A stretch of 64,000 nt of DNA from an uncultured Clostridia bacterium (GTDB lineage Bacteria; Bacillota; Clostridia; TANB77; CAG-465). The notes beneath the pieces were generated by a model, which saw only the letters and a list, made by a program, of their open reading frames with translations, had not been told where the DNA came from and made no database searches. The stretch spans positions 8,188 through 72,187 of the forward strand of contig CANQYI010000004.1 of the NCBI GenBank assembly GCA_947628005.1, written 5' to 3'. Positions 17,450-26,245 of this stretch are shown one piece after another. The translations under genes were made by a program, and so were the position numbers. How positions within the stretch are numbered: the stretch's first letter is position 1; every line of letters starts with the position of its first letter.

Positions 17450-20233
17450 ATGGAAGATAAAAAAGATTATTCTTCAACACTTAATTTACCTAAAACAGAT
17501 TTTGAAATGAGGGGGAATTTACCTAAAAAAGAACCAGGAATCTTAGAAAAAAATATTGAAAATAAGGTATATTATTTAGCACTAGAAAAGAATAAAAATA
17601 CTGGTAAAAAATTTGTACTTCATGATGGACCACCATATGCTAATGGAGATATACATACAGGTCATGCCTTAGATAAAATCTTAAAAGATATAATAATTAG
17701 ATATAAGACTATGAATGGTTATTACTCTCCATATGTTCCAGGATGGGATACACATGGGCTTCCTATTGAAAAGAAAGTACAACAAGATTTAAAGATAACT
17801 AAAGACCAAGTAGGAGTAGAAAAATTTAGAGAAGTATGTAAAGACTATGCTATAGATGCTGTAAGAAGAACTGCAGTTCAATTTGAACGTTTAGGTGGAC
17901 TAGGCGACTATAGAGATGAATCTAAACGTTATTTAACACTTAATAAAGATTTTGAAGCACGTCAAATAGGAGTATTTGGTGATATGTATAAAAAAGGTTA
18001 TATATATCGTGATTTAAAACCTGTATATTGGTGTAGTGACTGTGAAACAGCCCTAGCTGAAGCAGAAATCGAGTATAAAGATGATACTTCAACATCTATA
18101 TATGTAAAATTTAGAGTAAGCGATGATAAGGGATTGTTCTCAAAATATGGTAGTTTACAAGATACATATATAGTAATTTGGACTACAACTCCATGGACAC
18201 TTCCAGGAAACATGGCAATTACGTTAAATCCAGAATTTGAATATGCATTAGTAGAAGCTAAAAATAACTCTAAAACAGAAAGATACATAATGGCAAAGGA
18301 TTTAGTAGACTCAGTAATGCAAATAGGAAATATATCTGAATATAAAATTTTAGCAAGTTTTGTAGGAAGAGATTTAGAAAATGTAATTTGTATGTCTCCA
18401 GTTGTTGAAAACAAAACTTCAAGAGTAATATTAGGGTCTGATAAAGATTTAATTGTAACACTTGATGCAGGTACAGGATGCGTTCATACTGCACCAGGAC
18501 ATGGTCATGAAGACTACCTATGTTGCAAGAGATATAAAGATATAGATATAATAGTTCCAGTAGATAAACATGGAAAAATGACAAAAGAAGCTGGTCAATT
18601 TGAAGGAATGTTTTATGCAAAAGCAAATAATGAAATAATAAAATATTTAGAAGAAACAAAAGCATTATTTGCTGCAAAAGAACTTACTCACCAATACCCA
18701 CATTGTTGGAGATGTAAAAAGCCAGTAATATATAGAGCTACAACACAGTGGTTTGCTTCAATTGATGGATTTAGACAAAAGGCATTAGATGAAATTCACA
18801 ATGTAAAGTGGTATCCTGACTGGGGCGTTGAAAGAATGACAAATATGATTAAGGACAGACAAGATTGGTGTATTTCTAGACAACGTTCATGGGGTGTTCC
18901 AATTCCAATATTTTATTGTGAAAACTGTGGAAAAGAATATATAAATGAAGATACAATAAACAAAGTTAGAGAAATGTTTGCAAAAGAAGGATCAAATTCT
19001 TGGTTTGTAAAAACTCCAGAAGAAATTTTAGGTCAAATTCCAACTTGTGAGTGTGGATGCAATAGACTTGTAAAAGAAAAAGATATAATGGATGTTTGGT
19101 TTGATTCAGGATCTTCTCATGAGGGAGTACTAAATGAAAATTATGGACTTCCAGAAGGACCTGCAGATATGTATTTAGAAGGAAATGATCAGTATAGAGG
19201 CTGGTTCCAATCTTCACTTTTAACATCAGTTGCAACAAAGGGATATGCTCCTTATAAAGAAGTTGTAACACATGGTATGGTAGTTGATGGAGAAGGAAGA
19301 AAGATGTCTAAGTCACTTGGTAATGGTATAGCTCCACTTGATATTGTTGAAGAATACGGAGCAGATATTTTAAGAATGTGGGCAACTTCTTCAGATTATC
19401 ACAGTGAAATTAGATTATCAAAAGATATCTTAAGACAAATATCTGAAGTTTATAAAAAAATACGTAATACAGTAAGATTTTTACTTGGAAATACTGCTGA
19501 CTTTGATCCAAATCTAGATTACGTTGAATATAAAGATAGAGACGAACTAGATAGATATATGATGTACAAACTAAATAAATTAGTAGAATATGTAAATGAA
19601 GCATATAACAGATATGAATATCATTTAGTATATGGGGAATTACATAGATTTTGTACAGCTGAACTTTCAAGTAAGTATTTAGATGTAATAAAAGATAGAC
19701 TTTACACTTTTAGAAAAGATCATAATCTTAGACGTAGTAGTCAGTCTACAATGTATGATATATTAGATGTGTTAGTAAAAATAATGTCTCCAATACTTGT
19801 ATTTACATCAGAAGAAATATATGGATTCATGAAAACTAAAAGTGATAAGAAGCTAAGTGTAGTACTTGAAGACTTCCCACAAGAGACAGGCGAGTATAAT
19901 GATGACACTTTAGTTGAAAAATGGGATAGAATTTTTGAAATAAAGGAAAGCTTTGCACGTGATATAGAAGAGGCTAGAGCTAAAAAGGAAATTGGTAGTT
20001 CACTAGATGCTGAAGTTACACTTTATACATCTGGAACAGAATATGATTTTGCTACAGAAAACAAGAAAAATATAGAGCTTGTATCAATAATATCTGAATT
20101 AAATGTGGAAAAATCAGATGAAAGAAGAGTAGAAGTTATAAAATCTACTGGTCTAAAATGTCCTAGATGTTGGACATATTCTCATGAATTTTCAGATGAA
20201 GGAATATGCATGAAGTGCTACAAAAATAGATAA
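17450..20233 (+). CDS. ileS: Isoleucine--tRNA ligase
   Basis: PPYANGDIHTGH (HIGH), KMSKS, editing-domain length, and C-terminal zinc finger CPRCW...CMKC. Confidence 0.97.
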   Translation: MEDKKDYSSTLNLPKTDFEMRGNLPKKEPGILEKNIENKVYYLALEKNKNTGKKFVLHDGPPYANGDIHTGHALDKILKDIIIRYKTMNGYYSPYVPGWDTHGLPIEKKVQQDLKITKDQVGVEKFREVCKDYAIDAVRRTAVQFERLGGLGDYRDESKRYLTLNKDFEARQIGVFGDMYKKGYIYRDLKPVYWCSDCETALAEAEIEYKDDTSTSIYVKFRVSDDKGLFSKYGSLQDTYIVIWTTTPWTLPGNMAITLNPEFEYALVEAKNNSKTERYIMAKDLVDSVMQIGNISEYKILASFVGRDLENVICMSPVVENKTSRVILGSDKDLIVTLDAGTGCVHTAPGHGHEDYLCCKRYKDIDIIVPVDKHGKMTKEAGQFEGMFYAKANNEIIKYLEETKALFAAKELTHQYPHCWRCKKPVIYRATTQWFASIDGFRQKALDEIHNVKWYPDWGVERMTNMIKDRQDWCISRQRSWGVPIPIFYCENCGKEYINEDTINKVREMFAKEGSNSWFVKTPEEILGQIPTCECGCNRLVKEKDIMDVWFDSGSSHEGVLNENYGLPEGPADMYLEGNDQYRGWFQSSLLTSVATKGYAPYKEVVTHGMVVDGEGRKMSKSLGNGIAPLDIVEEYGADILRMWATSSDYHSEIRLSKDILRQISEVYKKIRNTVRFLLGNTADFDPNLDYVEYKDRDELDRYMMYKLNKLVEYVNEAYNRYEYHLVYGELHRFCTAELSSKYLDVIKDRLYTFRKDHNLRRSSQSTMYDILDVLVKIMSPILVFTSEEIYGFMKTKSDKKLSVVLEDFPQETGEYNDDTLVEKWDRIFEIKESFARDIEEARAKKEIGSSLDAEVTLYTSGTEYDFATENKKNIELVSIISELNVEKSDERRVEVIKSTGLKCPRCWTYSHEFSDEGICMKCYKNR

Positions 20234-20265
20234 AAATGGGTGATTAAATTCACTCATTTTTTTTT
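20234..20265 (+). terminator. Rho-independent terminator
   Basis: aaatgggtga / tcactcattt stem (one G:U) followed by T9. Confidence 0.6.
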
Positions 20266-20297
20266 AGTGCATAAAATACAATAAATAGGAGGAAAAA

Positions 20298-21453
20298 ATG
20301 GATAAGCTAGTTTATGTAGATCATTCGGCAACTACTTATACCAAAAAAGAAGTTATAAATGAAATGCTTCCATATTTTAATCAGATATATGGTAATCCTT
20401 CATCAGTTTATTCTATAGGAAGAAATGCAAAAAAAGCTATAGATATATCAAGAAAAAAAGTAATGAATGCCATAGGTGCAAAATGTGAGGATGAAATTTA
20501 TTTTACTTCAGGCGGTAGTGAGTCAGATAACATGATTATAAAAGGAATTGCAAGAGCAAATATAAAAAAAGGAAAGCATATAATAACAAGCAAAATAGAA
20601 CATCCAGCTGTATTAAATACATGTAAACAGTTAGAGACACAAGGATTTGAAGTTACGTATTTAGATGTAAACTCTAAAGGAATTGTAGATATTACAAAGT
20701 TAAAAAATTCTATTAGAAATGATACTATTTTAATAAGTATAATGTATGCTAACAATGAAATAGGAACAATTCAGCCAATAAAAGATATAGCTGATATTGC
20801 TAGAGAAAATAAAATATATTTTCATACAGACGCAGTTCAAGCAATAGGAAATATTAAAACAGATGTTGAAGATTTAGGAGTAGATGCATTATCTTTGTCT
20901 GCCCATAAATTTTATGGACCTAAAGGAATAGGGGTAGCATATATAAGAAAATCAGTAGAATTTTTACCACTAATATGTGGACGGACATCAAGAGAGATCA
21001 AAAAGAGCAGGCACAGAAAATGTAGCCTTGATAGTTGGACTTTCAAAAGCAATAGAACTTGCAAATGCTAATTTAGAAAATTATAACCAAAAATTACTTG
21101 ATTTAAGAGAATATTTTATAGAAAAAATTAATCATAATATAGAAAATGTAATTATAAATGGAGATATGCAAAACAGATTGCCAGGAAATGTTAATATAGC
21201 AATTCCAGGAATAGACTCTGAAACTATGCTACTTATGTTAGATATGAATGGAATTTGCGCTTCGGCAGGTAGTGCGTGTACATCTTCTAGTTTAGAAGCA
21301 TCTCATGTTCTAACAGCAATAGGATTAAAAAAGGAACTTGCAAAAAGTAGTCTAAGATTTACATTTGGAGAAGAAAATACAATCGAAGATATAGATTATA
21401 TTGTAGAAAAGTTAACAAAAATAAATAAATTAATAAAAGATAAACAGCCTTGA
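20298..21453 (+). pseudogene. Cysteine desulfurase (NifS/IscS family) interrupted by a frameshift near 20979-20985
   Basis: ORF 20298-21071 carries the PLP-lysine motif SLSAHKFYGPKG and then an out-of-frame tail. ORF 20977-21453 carries GHQERSKRAGTENVA and the catalytic-Cys loop SAGSACTSS. Removing c20982 gives a continuous ...PLICGGHQERSKRAGTEN... Confidence 0.8.
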
Positions 21454-21469
21454 GGTATCAAGGCTGTTT
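21442..21469. terminator. Bidirectional terminator (12-bp perfect stem) overlapping both stop codons
   Basis: aaacagccttga (21442-21453) / tcaaggctgttt (21458-21469), loop ggta. Confidence 0.65.
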
Positions 21470-21644
21470 ACTCATCATAATCATAATCATCGTCATCGTC
21501 GTACTCATCCCAAATTTTTAGAAAACTACCAGTTAAAGAAACTTGTGGGTTTTCTTCTTCTTTGGGCGTTTCTTTTTCATCTCTAAATCCCGTTAAATTA
21601 AAAGGATCCAGAATGAAAAGTAGACTATCAAGAAAACTTGCCAT
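21468..21644 (-). CDS. Small acidic protein (58 aa) with a DDDDDYDYDE tail
   Basis: ATG at 21644 lies 8 nt after GAGGAGGG. Translation: MASFLDSLLFILDPFNLTGFRDEKETPKEEENPQVSLTGSFLKIWDEYDDDDDYDYDE. The longer track ORF start has no RBS. Confidence 0.5.
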   Translation of the reverse strand: MASFLDSLLFILDPFNLTGFRDEKETPKEEENPQVSLTGSFLKIWDEYDDDDDYDYDE

Positions 21645-21771
21645 AACAAAGACCCTCCTCAATATTAATTTGGAACATAAATTCTTACACTTATATGTTA
21701 ACATAAAATTTAACAAAAGTCAAATGTAAAAAAATAATTATAAAAAAATTTGAAAAATTACAAAAAAAGTA

Positions 21772-21800
21772 TTGCTTTTTTTAAAATTATATACTAAAAT
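21772..21800 (+). promoter_or_regulatory. dcw/mraZ promoter TTGCTT-17-TAAAAT
   Basis: TTGCTT at 21772-21777, 17-nt spacer, TAAAAT at 21795-21800, immediately upstream of the MraZ boxes. Confidence 0.5.
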
Positions 21801-21806
21801 GGAACT

Positions 21807-21834
21807 AAAGTGGTGCAAAGTGGTATAAAGTGGT
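21807..21834 (+). promoter_or_regulatory. MraZ operator: three direct AAAGTGGT boxes with 10-bp period
   Basis: AAAGTGGT at 21807-21814, 21817-21824 and 21827-21834. MraZ is known to bind direct GTGG-containing repeats just downstream of its own promoter. Confidence 0.7.
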
Positions 21835-21853
21835 AAATATGGAGGTGAAAAAA

Positions 21854-22285
21854 ATGTTGCTAGGAGAATACACTCATAATCTAGATATAAAAGGAAGAGT
21901 AAGCATTCCATCTAAGTTCAGAGATGACTTAGGTTCATCTTTTATTGTGACAAAAGGTCTAGATAATTGCTTGTTTATTTATTCTAAACAAGAATGGGCA
22001 ACATTTGAAGATAAATTAAAAACATTACCTCTTACTAATCCAAATGCACGTAACTTTATTAGATTTTTCTTTTCAGGTGCAACTGAATGTGAAATTGATA
22101 AACAAGGAAGAATAAATATCCCACAAAATTTAAGGGAATATGCTTCTTTAAAAAAAGAAGTTTATGTGATTGGTGTATCAACTAGAGTAGAAATTTGGGA
22201 TAAGGAAAAATGGGATAACTATACAAGTCCAGATAATATGGACTTAGATGAAATTGCTAGTCAAATGTCAAATCTAGGCATTTAA
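21854..22285 (+). CDS. mraZ: Transcriptional regulator MraZ
   Basis: [19 protein letters not shown] plus a second DKQGRINIP SpoVT/AbrB-like repeat. ATG at 21854 follows GGAGGTG. Confidence 0.93.
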   Translation: MLLGEYTHNLDIKGRVSIPSKFRDDLGSSFIVTKGLDNCLFIYSKQEWATFEDKLKTLPLTNPNARNFIRFFFSGATECEIDKQGRINIPQNLREYASLKKEVYVIGVSTRVEIWDKEKWDNYTSPDNMDLDEIASQMSNLGI

Positions 22286-22292
22286 CTATATC

Positions 22293-22420
22293 CTACAAAA
22301 GATTACGAATATACAAAAGAAAAAAAGTAAGTGTACAAAAGATAAAATATTAAATTAGTTCTACAAATGATTACTTAACATCAAAAGAAAAAAAGCAAGT
22401 GTACAAAAGATAAAAAATAT
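22293..22420 (+). repeat. Imperfect 58/60-nt direct repeat (two copies, 68-bp period) in the mraZ-rsmH spacer
   Basis: Copy 1 is 22293-22350 and copy 2 is 22361-22420. The 3' part caaaagaaaaaaag[t/c]aagtgtacaaaagataaaa is nearly identical. Six TACAAAAGA-like 9-mers lie at 22294, 22312, 22334, 22362, 22380 and 22402. Confidence 0.85.
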
Positions 22421-22441
22421 AAGTATTGGAGAAAATTTAAT

Positions 22442-23374
22442 ATGGAATTTAGTCATAAATCAGTTTTACTTGATGAATGTATTGAGGGTCTCAATATTAG
22501 AAAAAATTTAATATATGTAGATGGTACTTTAGGTGGTGGGGGTCATTCCTACCAAATATTAAAGAAATTAAATAAGACAGGTCTATTAATTGGTATTGAC
22601 AGAGATAAAGATGCACTAGATGCTGCCAAAAAGAGATTAAGTGAGTTTAATAACTTTAAGTTAGTACATGATAATCATTCAAATATAAAGAATATACTAA
22701 GTAGTCTTAATGTAAATGGCGTTGATGGAATCTTATTAGATTTAGGAGTTTCATCATATCAGTTAGATGAGCCATCTAGAGGATTTAGTTATATGAATGA
22801 TGCTCCTCTTGACATGAGAATGAATAGAGAAGATAAATTATCTGCATATGATGTCGTAAATACTTATTCTGAGGAAAGTTTGACTAATATTTTTAAGAAC
22901 TATGGAGAAGAAAAGTATTCAAAATTGATAGCTAAAAAAATATGTGAAGCAAGAAAAGTTCAAAATATAAATACTACTTTTGAACTTGTAGATATAATAA
23001 AATCTGCTATGCCAAAAAAAGCTTTAACTGAAAAACAACATCCTGCAAAAAGAGTATTTCAGGCAATAAGAATTGAAGTAAATTCAGAACTTACATTATT
23101 AAAAAAGGCAGTTGAAGATTCAGTAATGTCTTTAAATAAAGGCGGTAGATTATTAATAATAACTTTCCATTCCCTAGAAGATAAAATTGTAAAACATACC
23201 TTTGAGGAATTGGAGGGAAGATGTACGTGCCCAAAAGATTTTCCTATATGTGTTTGTGGATGTAAATCTTATGGGAAAATAATAACTAAAAAACCAATAA
23301 TTGCAAGCGATAAGGAAATAGAAGAAAATCCTAGAGCAAGAAGTGCAAAATTAAGAATTTTTGAAAGAAAGTAA
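22442..23374 (+). CDS. rsmH: 16S rRNA (cytosine1402-N4)-methyltransferase
   Basis: [30 protein letters not shown] motifs. Confidence 0.95.
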   Translation: MEFSHKSVLLDECIEGLNIRKNLIYVDGTLGGGGHSYQILKKLNKTGLLIGIDRDKDALDAAKKRLSEFNNFKLVHDNHSNIKNILSSLNVNGVDGILLDLGVSSYQLDEPSRGFSYMNDAPLDMRMNREDKLSAYDVVNTYSEESLTNIFKNYGEEKYSKLIAKKICEARKVQNINTTFELVDIIKSAMPKKALTEKQHPAKRVFQAIRIEVNSELTLLKKAVEDSVMSLNKGGRLLIITFHSLEDKIVKHTFEELEGRCTCPKDFPICVCGCKSYGKIITKKPIIASDKEIEENPRARSAKLRIFERK

Positions 23375-23384
23375 GGTGAAATTG

Positions 23385-23876
23385 ATGCAATATAATGATG
23401 ATTATATTCCTTTTGAAATTGGATCTGCTGCTAGAAAAAGAGAAGAGTATAAAGAAATACTAGAGAAGCCAAAAACTAAAGGTAAAATAAAACAAATATC
23501 AAAAAAAGAAGTAAAAACAAAAAGTAAGGCATCAATTATTTTTGCTATAGCTTGCGTATTTGGTATGACTATTTTGCTTACATACAGATATAATGTAATA
23601 AGCGAAAAAAATCTAAAAGTTCAACAACTAAAAGAGGATTTAACAGACGTAGAGTCTTTACTTATGACTACTAAAATTGAAGTAGAAAGTAATACAGACT
23701 ATGTTGAAATTGAAAATTATGCAAAACAGCAACTTGGTATGCAAAAGCCATCTGTAAATCAAATAGTTTATGTAGATAGTTCTTCAAAGAATAATTTGAT
23801 TGAAAGTAATCAACAAGAAAGTTGGATTTCAAGAATATTCTCAAGTATAAAAACTAAATTAGAATCATTATTTTAA
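23385..23876 (+). CDS. ftsL: FtsL/septum-formation-initiator-like cell division protein
   Basis: Position between rsmH and the PBP gene. A single TM (IIFAIACVFGMTILLTY) is followed by a coiled coil. ATG at 23385 after AAGGTG is preferred over 23361. Confidence 0.6.
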   Translation: MQYNDDYIPFEIGSAARKREEYKEILEKPKTKGKIKQISKKEVKTKSKASIIFAIACVFGMTILLTYRYNVISEKNLKVQQLKEDLTDVESLLMTTKIEVESNTDYVEIENYAKQQLGMQKPSVNQIVYVDSSSKNNLIESNQQESWISRIFSSIKTKLESLF

Positions 23877-23995
23877 GATAATAATTATATATATTGTAAT
23901 AAACAAGAAATTTAATAAGTATTATTTAATAGTACTTGTAAAATTATCTTGTTTTTTTTTATTATTATATGTTATAATAAAGATTATTAATAGAG

Positions 23996-26179
23996 GTGAG
24001 AAATTTGTCGTATATGTCCCTTAAAAATCAAAAAAGAATACTTGCAGCATTAGTAATATGTTTGATAATAGCAGTACTGTTATTTGCAAGACTAGTATAT
24101 ATACAAGTTATAAAATCTAATCATTACAGACAAATGGCTTACGAACAACAGACAAGAGAAAGAAAGGTTTCTGCAAAAAGAGGAACTATATATGATGCAA
24201 CTGGAACTAAAGTACTTGCTCAGAGTGTATCAGTAAGTTCTATAAAAGCAGTTCCAAATAGCGTAGAAAATAAAGAAGACGTAGCAAAAAAATTAGCTGA
24301 AATACTAGAATTAGATAAAGATACAATTTTAGCAAAACTTACTAAAAATACTGCAAGTGAGATATTAGCTACAAAAGTAGATTCAGAGAAATCAGCAAAA
24401 GTTTTAGAATATATAACTGATGAAGATATAGAAGGAATAAAAATTGATGAAGATACAGAAAGAATTTATCCTTATGGCCAATTATTATCACACGTTTTAG
24501 GATTCGTTGGTACAGATAACCAAGGTTTATATGGAATAGAATCTTATTATGATGATGATTTATCTGGTATACCAGGAAAAATTTTAGGAAGTACAGATGG
24601 AAAGGGTAGAGAGACACCTTTTACAAATGAACAGTACGTTGCTCCAATCGATGGAAAAGATATTGTTTTAACGATTGATGCTACAATTCAAAGTATAGTT
24701 GAAAAATATTTAAAGAAAGCTTGTGAAGAAAATGTTGTTGAATATGGTACTGCTGTTGTATTAAGACCAAGTACAGGAGAAGTACTAGCTATGGCAACTA
24801 TGCCAACTTTTGATGCAAATGATCCATTCACACCAAATACTGATGAACTTAAAGAAAAATGGGATACTATGACTCAAGAAGAAAAAAATAATGCTCTTCT
24901 AAATATGTGGAGAAATAAGGCAATATCAGATACTGCTGAACCAGGTTCAACATTTAAGATAGTAACTGCAACTGCAGCGTTGGAAGAGGGAATTGTAGGA
25001 ATAGACTCACCATCTATATTTAATTGCACAGGCTATGTTAGAGTAGGAACTTGGACAATTAAATGTTGGAGATATCCAAATAGTCATGGAACAGAAAACT
25101 TAAGACAGGGAATAATGAATTCATGTAATCCAGTTTTCATGCAAGTATCTCAAAAAATGGGTATTGATACATTTTGTAAATATATTGATGCATTCAATCT
25201 AGCTGGAAAAACAGGAATAGATCTTCCAGGTGAAGCATCAGGAATTATGCATGATAAGAATACTATGACAGCTGTTGACCTTGCAACAACATCATTTGGT
25301 CAAACTATTCAAATTTCTACTTTACAGACTGCTGTAAATTATGCAGCAGTAGCAAATGGTGGTTATTTAATTCAGCCATATGTAGTAAAAGAGGTAAAGA
25401 GTGGAAGTGGCAATTATGACCAAGTAACTGAATCTAAAGTAGTAAAACAAATTATGTCAAAGAGTACAGCAGATAGTATACTTAGTGCATTAGAAGATAC
25501 AGTAAATATTGGAACTGGTAAAACAGCTCAAGTAAATGGCTATAGAGTAGCTGGAAAAACTGCCACAGGTGAAAATGGAAGAGGAGAAAATTTAAAATAT
25601 CTTGCAGGATTTTCAGGAATAGCTCCAGTAAGTTCACCAGAAGTAGTCGTAGTAGTAAACTTATATGATCCTAGAGGACCATCTGGACACGGTGGTGCAA
25701 CACTTTGTGGACCAGTTGTAGGCTCAATAATAGAAGAAACATTAAGATACCTTGATATAGATACAGATTATACAGTTGTAGAAAATGATATAAAAGAAAA
25801 AGTTGTACCAGATTTAGTTTCAAAGACAGTTGCTGAAGCAAGATCTTTACTAGAAGCTCAAGGTATGAAATTAGCTTCTGATATAAATGTTAATGACACA
25901 GATATAATAAAAGATCAAATACCAAAGAGTGGTGCTTCACTTATGGAAAATTCCACTGTTAGAATTTATACTACTGATGATGCAAAGGCAACGGTTGCTG
26001 TACCAGATATAAGAAATTTAAATACAAATTATGCTATAAGCAGAATAAGGGCTTCAGATTTAAATATAAGAGTTATAGGTACTGGTAAAGTTTTAACTCA
26101 GGATCCAACTCCTGGAGCGGTAATAGAAAAGGGTTCAATAGTAACTGTAAAATGTGCAGATACTGAAGATTTACCTTAA
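23996..26179 (+). CDS. Class B penicillin-binding protein (FtsI/SpoVD family) with two C-terminal PASTA domains
   Basis: SxxK = STFK, SxN = SCN, third box reads KTA (AGKTATGE) instead of KTG. There are two PASTA-like repeats at the C-terminus. The start is ambiguous (GTG 23996, TTG 24005 or ATG 24014). Confidence 0.9.
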   Translation: MRNLSYMSLKNQKRILAALVICLIIAVLLFARLVYIQVIKSNHYRQMAYEQQTRERKVSAKRGTIYDATGTKVLAQSVSVSSIKAVPNSVENKEDVAKKLAEILELDKDTILAKLTKNTASEILATKVDSEKSAKVLEYITDEDIEGIKIDEDTERIYPYGQLLSHVLGFVGTDNQGLYGIESYYDDDLSGIPGKILGSTDGKGRETPFTNEQYVAPIDGKDIVLTIDATIQSIVEKYLKKACEENVVEYGTAVVLRPSTGEVLAMATMPTFDANDPFTPNTDELKEKWDTMTQEEKNNALLNMWRNKAISDTAEPGSTFKIVTATAALEEGIVGIDSPSIFNCTGYVRVGTWTIKCWRYPNSHGTENLRQGIMNSCNPVFMQVSQKMGIDTFCKYIDAFNLAGKTGIDLPGEASGIMHDKNTMTAVDLATTSFGQTIQISTLQTAVNYAAVANGGYLIQPYVVKEVKSGSGNYDQVTESKVVKQIMSKSTADSILSALEDTVNIGTGKTAQVNGYRVAGKTATGENGRGENLKYLAGFSGIAPVSSPEVVVVVNLYDPRGPSGHGGATLCGPVVGSIIEETLRYLDIDTDYTVVENDIKEKVVPDLVSKTVAEARSLLEAQGMKLASDINVNDTDIIKDQIPKSGASLMENSTVRIYTTDDAKATVAVPDIRNLNTNYAISRIRASDLNIRVIGTGKVLTQDPTPGAVIEKGSIVTVKCADTEDLP

Positions 26180-26245
26180 AATATAAAAATATATTAAGTA
26201 ATATGAATAAAATAATGTTTATCATAGAGGGGAGTTTAGCAAATT

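Noticed and set aside
17998-18677. 138-aa and 135-aa minus-strand ORFs inside ileS
   Set aside because: Both are antisense to a conserved aminoacyl-tRNA synthetase gene. Their translations are Leu/Phe/Ile-rich with no motifs and no RBS.
20298-21453. Two separate genes (257 aa and 158 aa) as listed in the ORF track
   Set aside because: The two halves carry complementary parts of one cysteine desulfurase (the PLP-Lys and the catalytic Cys) and overlap by 95 nt in different frames. This is a single frameshifted gene.
22293-22420. CRISPR array
   Set aside because: There are only two imperfect ~58-nt copies with a 10-nt gap. There is no repeat-spacer periodicity and no cas genes in the window.
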